Positions 11,101 to 20,181 of a DNA stretch of 64,000 nucleotides are shown here, one piece after another. The stretch's first letter is position 1; each line of letters opens with the position of its first letter. Source of the DNA: Hydrolagus colliei (lineage: Eukaryota). The notes below the pieces were generated by a model, which did no database searches, had not been told where the DNA came from, and worked only from the letters and a program-made list of their open reading frames with translations. The stretch is from contig CM068762.1 of assembly GCA_035084275.1 (NCBI GenBank), positions 8,370,001 through 8,434,000 on the forward strand. The letters run 5' to 3'. A program made the translations under genes and the position numbers.

Positions 11101-14100
11101 TTATACGTTGATCTCCTTTAATTTCCAAAGCGGAAATTTGTTTTGGGTATAAATTTAGCCTCATTCAAGGTCTGTTTTGCAAACTAATAGCTGGAAAACA
11201 TCCAAACTAAATTTTCCCAGATTTTTCTCAGTCCCTTATCTCAGTCAGTTCCATGTTGATAAACGAGCAGCTGGTAACTTGCATGTGTTTCTGGTGCCCA
11301 TCCTTCTTAGAATCTTATCCTTCAACAACAACAACACCAACACCAACAACAGAATGACACTTGCATAGCGCCTTCAAAGTTCCTTTGTGTCACTTTGTCC
11401 TTAGGAGCAGGAAATCTAGAAACTCTCAACTTTTTAAACTTCAACTCATTGCAATAATCATTTGATCCAGCGCTTTATCGAAACGGCTTCAGGCGTTGAC
11501 AGAATTTGGGGTAAAGTAGATTTTGAAAATCACCACCCTGTTTGCAGATTAGACGCTTTATTTAGTGCAATTATTAATTATAGTGCAATTATTTCATTTG
11601 ATTTTCCTAACGGCCTTTTCTTTTCAAACTTCAGTGGATATTTGGTCTGTTGGTTGTATCTTGGCTGAAATGATCACGGGCAATATACTCTTCAAAGGAA
11701 AAGACTGTATCCTTATGTACATTAACCGGGTTCCAGGCTACTGTGTACTTTTTGGGCTATTGCTTTTTTGGGGGGAGCTGCTCTGTGCTTAAAGAACTAC
11801 ATGTATCTTGCTGGGGGGGAAGGTAAGTAGGCAAGCAGGGCCTCATTGAAGCTGAGCTTGCTCCAAGGTGATTTACTTGGCAACGGAATATCAAATACCA
11901 AATCAAGTCAGCCCTGTGTTGCTGATCATGGTAATCCAGAGCCAAATAGGTCTGCAGTGCTGCAAAGTGCTTCTTGATAACAGGCCAACAAGCACGGCCC
12001 GTTGGCTTGCTATCAACGGTATCTTGCAGCTTGGAGCAGGGATTCTTTCCACTCAGCTACTGTTAACCCGACAAGCCAAAGCCCTTGCGAGAAGCGTGAT
12101 ACGCAAGTAGAGGGAGGCTTACCGGACTTGTGCTCTCAAATGGCAAGCTGCGTTGTTTCAGCTGGACGAACTCCAGAATGACCTCAACGCACACTCTGGG
12201 GTCGCCGAACCTCGGTTCTCGATAACCTGTACCTGACGCTCTCAGGAATTCAATAGGCGGGACGCACCACCCCAGTGAAACAATGAACAATTCCTTTGCT
12301 GACGCAGGGAAACTTTCATGAGTAGAGGCACATCTGTTGGTCTTGTTTGGATACTCTTAAGCACGGTGATGGGTTTCCACGTGTCTCAGACGACCGACTG
12401 TCACAGTGAGTTGGGATACAATTGGGACGTTTTATGTGAGTGACGAACGATATTTACTTTGCATTTTGAGAGCAGTATTTCTTCCTTAACAACAAGATCC
12501 AGACCTCGATCAACTGGCACAGATCATGAAGATAACTGGCACACCGGAGCCTGACTTTATTCAAAAATTAGATAGTCCGGAGGTGATGTCATATTTCACA
12601 CTCGTGTTGTACTCACTTTTGGATTACATTAGTTTATGAATACTGTAATTAACAATGGTGACATGTGTTCAGATTTCCACATTGTTAACAGAGAGCCGTG
12701 CTTTCTTTCTCACTGTGCTCCTCGGAGGATAGAATTCAAGGTCGGTGTCCGGGCTTTCAGACTCTCTGCCCCTACGCTTTGGAACTCCATCCCACAATCC
12801 CTTCACCTTGCTCTCTTTCCTCCTTCAAGACCGGACTCAAGATGCTCCTCTTTAACCGTACCTTCGTTCGCCATCCTACCTCTCTGCCCACCCTCATCCC
12901 AATCCTGCCCCACTCCTCAATGCTCGGGTCCTGACCCCCTACTTGGAAAGTCCTCCTGACGTTCTCCCGATGTGAAATGTGCTCTGCAAATGTCATTTTG
13001 TGGTGATTATTGAAATGTTTAAAACCTTGTTTTTTTAGTCTCGACGCTACATCAGAACCCAGCCGTACATTAGAAAGAAAGACTTTTCTCTACTTTTTTC
13101 AATGGCCAGCCCTTTAGGTAAGTTAATTGTAGGCAAAGTCAATCTAACTGCAGCCTTACTTGATTGTTAATGTTTGACGGGGTGAATATGCAGATGTGCT
13201 AATTAGCTGCTGAGCTGAATATAACAGCGCCTGTCGAGCTTTCCTCACCCATTGATTCACAGTAAATCACCTAACTCTTAAAATAATATAAAAATCATTG
13301 CATTTGATATCAGCACCTTATCATGTTTCAAATTGCTTCACAGGATTTGAGTTATTCAATGGCCTGATAAAGCACTGTACCAAATGCACTTTTTTATTAT
13401 TATTATTATTAAGTGTAGGGACTGACTATTTGCAGACAAACACAGCCATTAAAACAATTGAATGGCTAATTTTATTTGGGGGAATTGTTGGCCTGGACAA
13501 ACTCCCTTCTCTTTTCAACTAGTGCCATGTGAATGGACAGATCATTGATGTCCCAATTGTATAATAGTGAACATACGAGTGACGTTTACTGGGCCTGGAA
13601 GTGTAGTACCTATGGTTATATTGCCCCTGCTAGACTTTTCTTGTGGACTAGGCACACATCAATCACAACTTTCATGGCTCCTTGCGGACAGCTTGCAGGC
13701 TTTATTTGAGGGTGATGGGACTCCCTGTGTATTTGTTACACCTCCCACTCTCTCCTCACTTCCAGACAGCTCTTCCCTCCTGCTCTGCTGCTAACCTACC
13801 CACCAATGGCAGCTATTCCTTGCCTGCATTTCATACAGTAGCTAAAAGATTTTTCAAATAAACTTACACGTTAACTACCATCAACTCTAGTGACTGTTCA
13901 TTGGGATTTTTCCCCTGTTCTATTTTTCTGTGGTGACGCCTGGCATACTTCCTCCCTTGTTAAGCTCACGGATTCCTGAACTGACCTCCTTGGAGTCAAG
14001 TACGTTTGCTGAGTCCTCGTCAGCTGCGGAATGCTACACCAGTTCCTCCTTTATGTCCTTTCACAAGCTTTTAAACGATATCATTTTGCCACTTTTTCCT

Positions 14101-17100
14101 CCCCTTTACACTAAAAGATTTTAGCTGGTATCTGATGGGGGTAGGAATGCTTGAGATCAGCACTAATCACAAACAATTCATCTGTTGGCACAACCTCCCC
14201 ATATTCCACTCTTATGGATGTCGTATATTTTCTCTAAAATTAGTGAGCACAGGAATGTTGGGATTCTTTTGTTTTAACTCTTTCACCGACGCCTCTTGTG
14301 TCCCATTTGTCAATCCTGCACAGGCTCTTATTGAAGTCAAGGTTTATGTTAAATTATCATGTAAAGAAAATCTTACTGTGCCTGACTGAGCTCTCCTAAA
14401 GTAATGCGTTTGCATGGGGGTGGTGCGTGGGGGGTGGTGTGGTGGGGTGGGGGGAGGGTGGGAAGAGATGAGATCTCTTCTGAGGAATGTATGCATCTGG
14501 TAGGAGGGGAAAGGGAGAGTCTCCTAAGAACACTAAGCGCTTGCTAGGAGGTGGATTATGTGTTAAAATATGTGAAATTATCAGAACTCCACAGGCAGGA
14601 TGGTCCTTCTATTTTTATACCTCCTTTGCCTGTCAACCAAAGTAGAACGGTTATAAAGGGCTGGTGGGGGAGGGGAGGGGGGGTGTTAAGTCTGTCAGAT
14701 GTTTTTATTTAGGTTGTCAGCGACTAAAACGTTTGGGCAGTTCCTTCATGAAACAGTAAGTATTCATTAACCAATGTGCCAAATTGAATAATTTGAAAAC
14801 AGTCAATCTTTTCTTTATGAAGAGGCTCTCGTTACTTCAACCTTGAGTACAACAGCTTGCATTTATATAGCCCCCACTCATAGGGTAACGTCCCAGAGCG
14901 CTTTGAGTGAGTGTCACTAGCCTGTGATCCTGTTGAGTTGCTTTGATACAAGGCAGTTTTCTGCACAACCATTTTATAATTCTACTCTTAGTCAAAGCTT
15001 AAAAGCTTTCTTTTTGCAGCAACTCAAAAATGTGGCTGCAACAACAACAAAATTACATTTGTATAGCGCCTTTCACATCGAGAGGACGTCGGTGTTTCGG
15101 AACCGAGCTGGGGTCGGGATCGGGGAGGGTGGACTAATGGCATGGTCGAAGAGGAGGGTTTTGAGGTGGGACTTGAAGGAGGCTCGGGAGGGGGCTGATG
15201 CAGATGGATTGCAGGATGGAATTCCAAAGGTTGGGAGCAGAGTTGCTGAAAGCGTTGCCCACCAATGGTGGGGTGGGTGGGTCGGGGGACGTGGAGCAGG
15301 CCGGAGCCCGCCGAGCGGAGGTAGCGGACAGGTTGGTAGGGGGTTAGGAGGTCGCAGATGTTAGGTGGGGCAAGGCCATGGAGTGCTTTGAAAGTGATGA
15401 TCAGGATCTTGATTTGAATCCTCTGAGTGATGGGGAGCGAGTGGAGTCGGGTGACGATGGGGGTTATAGGGCCGCGGAGCTTGGTGCAGGAGAGGGTGCA
15501 GGCTGCTGAGTTCTGGATGATCTGCAGCCTATGGAGGGAAGTCCATAATGGACCTTTATTACTAAGAATCATTCAGTCCACTGGTTTGGGTTGGTTTGAC
15601 AACAATATCCCAGAGTAAACAGTACTTGCGGGATCCACTGCGCTGTCTTACATCAAACAAGACTAATTCTACTTGAATTCCTGTTAAGGATTGTACCAGG
15701 ATGCCCTCGGTATCTTTCATTGAAAAGAGAACAAACTGGATTAGACAGCATGATTTCTCCTTTGGGATCTGCGTTAGTCAGAATCAAACTTGGGGATATA
15801 AATTGAAGACTTCAAAGTCTTCTACAACTGTATGTGTAAGTAAAATATCTTTTCACATCCAAATCTGCAACAATAAAAGACGCTTTACAGTAGAAGAATC
15901 CTATTATGACAGAATTTGTTATAATGTGGGTATACTTATAGCAAAATTGACGAGCGCTCGCTCCATGAATTCACCCAAATATCCAAAATGTGCCAGAATG
16001 CCTGGGGGATCGCTTCAAATTGAGTTCTGGGGTTCAAAACACCGGCTTGTCTCAACCTGGTGTATAATGTATGATTTCCTGATCTTCAGGTTGCCACTAA
16101 TGTTATTAACTTGCATAGGGTGCAGTGAGTGATATCTATTTTAGCTTGCTTAAAGTGTCTGGTTTTCAGTTGTCAGTGACTTTGCTTCCTATGTACTGGG
16201 ATGCTACCCTGCGTGTGGGACGGTACATAACTGCAAGTCGTTGTTGTTTGTGGACACATATAACCGCATTATGATGGAGTTGCTGTGTATTGAGTTGAAG
16301 AGAGATTGATGATGCATTGTTTTATATTAAAAGAAGCTGATCCTACGAAATTGGAAGCAAAACTTCTAATATTTTGTGTTCTCCCGGTTCAAGTGTTTTT
16401 AAATGTTAATTGTGACTTTAGAGTATTTTGTCCTTTTAAGCCCTTACCATTATCCCACTCGATTCTCCAAATAGCAAGTCCACTTATCTTACAAAAAACA
16501 AGACGTATCCTGAAGGGGGAAACCAAATCTATTACACAACACGGCACAAAAGAAGCCGACTTCCTCCACATGTGGACATTAGGCACTTTGAAAGTTCACA
16601 TTTTCCTCTGGATCTTTAACAAATTTTAGGTGCCTTCCAATCAACAGAGCTTTTCATTAATGTGAAGTATTCAGCTTAGCCAACATTCTGCCTTTGGCTC
16701 AGACCTGTGTGCTTCAATTAGCTTTATAACTACTGTGACCTCGAGCAGCCCCTCACCACATTCCTAACATTCCTCACAGTCCCGATGCCAGAAGTCTACA
16801 GAAATTGCTTTTCTAGAGATAAAGTACAAACCCTTTGCTGGATTTAATTTTGCAACGGCAATCATTTGAAAATGATTTCTGCTGAACTTTTTGTTTCATT
16901 GCTACTTCAGCATGTTTCCCAAAGTGCAAAACTGTGTTGTTGCAATGCTTTGCATTTGCATGGATGTGGGGTGTTTTGAAGAGGTGGGGCTTTTTCAATC
17001 AGATAGCTTGCCCATTTAATGCTTCCCCCTCAGACTTGGAAGGAAACAAAGGTAGAGAGAAAAAAAGACTAACTTGTTTGGAGAATTGCTGATTGTGGCA

Positions 17101-19293
17101 CAAATAGACGGTACCCACAATTGTAAGGAAACATGTATGTTTTGTACACCTCCTAAGGCCGCGCCTCCCGATGTGAAAGGCGCTATACAAATGTAATTTT
17201 GTTGTTGTTTATTGTTGTTGTATTTGCAACTCGGGAGTCCGTTATTCACACTTACCTGATAATATTCCTTGCATTTGAAGTAGTGCCTAGCATGTCAGCA
17301 AAACATCTCAGTGCTTTACAGTTGTTTGCTACAGGATAAAGTGTAATGATTGTGCATTTGTGTACACACATGCCAATTATGTATCAAGTTATTAGCATGT
17401 GCCTCCATTGATACAACAGGGATTAGTGTGACTTTTGTTCGTGTGTCGTTTGATATTTATGTTTTAACCCTCTTGGGTAGTACTGTGCGATGGAGAATAG
17501 CAATCCAAACCGAAAGAGAACTTGCTCACTGATTCAGAGTGCATTTCACCCAGTACAAACATATTCTCCATTCATTCTGAGGTGTGAGCCTCCTCAGGTG
17601 TGCATTACCCTAACCCTTGCATTTGGTATCATGCCTTTTTTGTCTGGCGGACTTCTCAAAAGCCCTTCGAAGAATTTTACTGGAAAGCATACTGTTTAAT
17701 TGAGGTCAAACACAGCAATTACACACAGTAATGTCCTGTAAACTGCCATGAAGTGAATGACCAATATTAATTGGGGAGTTGTTAGCCAGACAATGGGAGC
17801 AACTTTCTTCTTTCCAAATCATGCCATGGGACCTTTTAACGTTCACTTGAACAAGTTTATTGTCTCATCCAAAAGATGGGGTTCTACAGATAAACAGAAT
17901 GCTTAATGGGGATGTAATGATGTCAACCTTATTGAAGATTTATTTGGGACTAAAAGTTTTAAAGTTCTCTTTTTTTCTGAAAATTCCTTGTTGACACACC
18001 AGCTGTAGACCTCCTGGAGAAAATGTTGGTGTTAGATTCAGACAACCGATTGTCAGCAACTGAAGCTCTCAATCACCCTTACTTTGAGCCTTGCAGAGAA
18101 CCAGTGGAAGAGACTGTATCCGAGCCCTTTGATGATTCGTTAGATCATCTGAAGCTGTCAGTTGATCAATGGAAAAGTAAGTGACGATTCAACGCCAAAT
18201 AACCAATTGCCCCTTTTCAATATTATTTCCCATATTATGTCAACCAGATAGTGACAACTTAATTTTGCTGTTTGAAATTTGTTTTTTAAGACAAATTTTG
18301 AAATGCATCATGTAGTGAAAGAAGTGAGTCCTGGAAAGGTATACTTTACGTACAAAGCCGCAATTCATTTGAAGGCGAGATCATTTTGACATACTGTACT
18401 GTATTAATTAATAGTGAACATTTCAGAAATGTGAGAATCTAAAGTCATTTGACACTACAAACAAATTGCTGCCAATACATTTAATTAATGTGTGTCAATC
18501 TGTGAGGAGGTCATAAGTTATTTATGACCGAAATCTGTATGGCTGCATCTTTCTCCACCTTGCTCTACCCTTACTTTGTCCACTTTAACCTCCTTTTCTC
18601 CTTTGAAACTTTGCACCCTCAAATTTTACTTAACATCCACCAACATCTTCTGATGTGAAAGGCACTGTGTAATGTAAATTCTTATCTCGCACCCAAAACT
18701 TACATTCACACTTTCATCACCTCCAAACTCAACTTTTCAAATTCCCTCCTCCCTTGCTCCACCATACACCAGCTCCTATCATCCAAAACTCCACCACACC
18801 CATACATTCTCGTACAAATCTTTGTGTGCCCCTCATTCCCTCTCAGGTTCCAATGGCTCCCAACGATTAACGTCAAGGTCCTCGTCTACAGATCCTTTCG
18901 CTCCCCTTCTCGGCAAATGTGTATCTGGTGTGCTTTCCTATGTGTCACCAGTTGGCAGTGAAGAACTTTAGCCACTCTATCCTTGCCCTATGAAATACCC
19001 ACCCTCTCCACCTACCTTTCAAAACCCAGCTTTCGACCATGCCAGCATCCACCTTCTTCCTCCTTCATGTTTGATGTCTGACACCTTCTTTAAAGCACTG
19101 AGACATTGCTCTAGTCAAATGTGGATGAATCCAGAACTAATCAAACTGTTTTTGTCTCCTGTTCAGTTGGTGATGCACATCGCAAAAAGCTAAAGTTTCC
19201 CAATTTTATTTTTTAGGACATGCCTTTCACGCAGTGATCAGCTTTATCCCTTGTTCAAGTTCAGACCTGAGAATGAAGGAGACTCCATTCTAG
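5066..19293 (+). CDS. MAPK13: p38 delta MAP kinase, partial gene (exons 3-12; exons 1-2 not seen, presumably upstream of window)
   Basis: Ten GT-AG exons join in phase: 5066-5124, 6110-6215, 7120-7149, 7660-7707, 8521-8635, 11635-11706, 12503-12582, 13039-13117, 18003-18176, 19217-19293. Motifs HRDLKPGN, DFG, TGY activation loop, Met gatekeeper (YLVMPFM, gamma/delta type), delta-like FKGKDYLDQL. Lies directly upstream of BRPF3 as human MAPK13 does. Confidence 0.88.
6110..6215 (+). CDS. MAPK13: MAPK13 exon 4 ([35 protein letters not shown])
   Basis: ttcag| ... |gttagt; hinge/gatekeeper region; phase matches neighbouring exons. Confidence 0.93.
7120..7149 (+). CDS. MAPK13: MAPK13 exon 5 ([10 protein letters not shown])
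   Basis: 30-nt exon, tttcag| ... |gtaagt. Confidence 0.93.
7660..7707 (+). CDS. MAPK13: MAPK13 exon 6 ([16 protein letters not shown])
   Basis: 48-nt exon, catalytic loop, catag| ... |gtaaaa. Confidence 0.93.
8310..8475 (-). mobile_element. Short SINE 3' half
   Basis: Reverse complement of family body and tail. Confidence 0.8.
8521..8635 (+). CDS. MAPK13: MAPK13 exon 7 ([38 protein letters not shown])
   Basis: DFG, TGY and APE motifs; tttag| ... |gtgggt. Confidence 0.95.
8840..8983 (+). mobile_element. L2 3' UTR/tail
   Basis: agcgccttgggacgtcc...gtgaaaggtgct stem-loop and (TTG)n. Confidence 0.8.
8998..9335 (-). mobile_element. Older long DeuSINE-like element
   Basis: Reverse-complement Deu body and tRNA-like head (ccaactcagtcaagctgac). 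Confidence 0.7.
9985..10225 (+). mobile_element. SINE 3' half
   Basis: Family body and TTA tail. Confidence 0.75.
11635..11706 (+). CDS. MAPK13: MAPK13 exon 8 ([24 protein letters not shown])
   Basis: Kinase subdomain IX; followed by U12-type donor GTATCCTT. Confidence 0.94.
11707..12502 (+). other. U12-type (minor spliceosome) GT-AG intron
   Basis: 5' site GTATCCTTA at 11707; branch site TTCCTTAAC at 12482-12490, 12 nt before the exon; no polypyrimidine tract. Confidence 0.9.
12503..12582 (+). CDS. MAPK13: MAPK13 exon 9 ([27 protein letters not shown])
   Basis: 80-nt exon, ccag| ... |gtgatg; MAPK insert region. Confidence 0.92.
12720..13010 (+). mobile_element. L2 3' fragment
   Basis: [16 protein letters not shown]2 ORF2 terminus and tail. 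Confidence 0.8.
13039..13117 (+). CDS. MAPK13: MAPK13 exon 10 ([26 protein letters not shown])
   Basis: 79-nt exon, tttttag| ... |gtaagt. Confidence 0.9.
15039..15548 (-). mobile_element. L2 3' fragment
   Basis: Minus ORF 15024-15572 [12 protein letters not shown]...ITP...LHSLPI...FKALHGLAP; (CAA)n tail at left end. Confidence 0.9.
17710..17885 (-). mobile_element. Degraded DeuSINE core
   Basis: tgccatgggaccttttaacgttcac...gtctcatccaaaag, reverse complement of the Deu-like core. Confidence 0.6.
18003..18176 (+). CDS. MAPK13: MAPK13 exon 11 ([58 protein letters not shown])
   Basis: 174-nt exon, ccag| ... |gtaagt; subdomain XI and CD region. Confidence 0.94.
18640..19120 (+). mobile_element. 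Highly degraded L2 3' fragment
   Basis: ctttcatcacctccaaactc, atccaaaactc, ccaatggctcc remnants colinear with the L2 at 52064-53215. Confidence 0.55.
19217..19293 (+). CDS. MAPK13: MAPK13 last coding exon ([25 protein letters not shown])
   Basis: Strong ttttattttttag| acceptor, correct phase, VISF motif of the p38 L16 helix, TAG at 19291-19293. Confidence 0.85.
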
Positions 19294-19868
19294 CTCATTA
19301 ACAATCCACACAACATAAGCCAACATTTGAGGTAATAACATTGGAATACTGGGGACAGATAGTGTTCTTGAAATTACTAATACATGTGCGTAAAATAGTT
19401 TTTTAAAATGTTTTATTATCCCTTGAGGATAAAGAAATTAAAGTGTTACTGTATCCACGGTTCTACGTAAATGCCTGAACACCATATCTCTCTGTATTGC
19501 TTGTTTCAGTGTTGGAAAATTATTTCAATCAAATGCTTCTTATAATTACATTTCACTGACCATTTTCTAGAATATTATTGATGATTTTGCAGTGACTTTC
19601 AAACTTTTAGCCTTTGAAAGCTGGAAGTGCTTGTTAGCATTTCGCAAATGCTTGTTGCACATACAATGATTCAGAACTGATACTGTACTTGAATGTTTAT
19701 ATGGTGAAATATTTCAGTCATTTCCTTAACTTGTGCAAAAATACTGCAACCTTTTGCAATCTTATACCTTCCTAAAAGTGCTTACTGTATACATTGAGAA
19801 GTGTTGCTTATACAGTATAGGGGTTATAACAAATCAGAATCCAACTTGCACACAATGTAATATACCAC

Positions 19869-20181
19869 AATAAATTACCTGCAACATTTATGTTTCCTGT
19901 CCAACTTCAAGGACTCCATTTGTTATATTTTTCTACTCAGCGATTATTTTATTTTTGAAGAGATATTGTAGCTTTTGTATTTCAATAAAATATTCATTAC
20001 TTATTTCAATGCTTGACTGTGTGATAAACAGATCAATGAAATGTTGTGCATTTTGCAAAACCATAATATTCTTTCCGGACTATTGTATTCAAAATAGTTG
20101 GGTTGCAAGTTATTTCTGTTGTAAGCCATATTTGCCTAGACAAAATTGTGAAAACAGAAGTTTTAACCTTTGCTAAATAAA
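19869..20181 (+). terminator. Candidate MAPK13 polyadenylation signals
   Basis: AATAAA at 19869, 19984 and 20176, downstream of the stop; which one is used cannot be determined. Confidence 0.4.

Noticed and set aside
12583-13038. Mutually exclusive alternative exon 9, as in MAPK14
   Set aside because: No second U12 branch site or paralogous 80-nt exon seen; the intron is mostly an L2 fragment.
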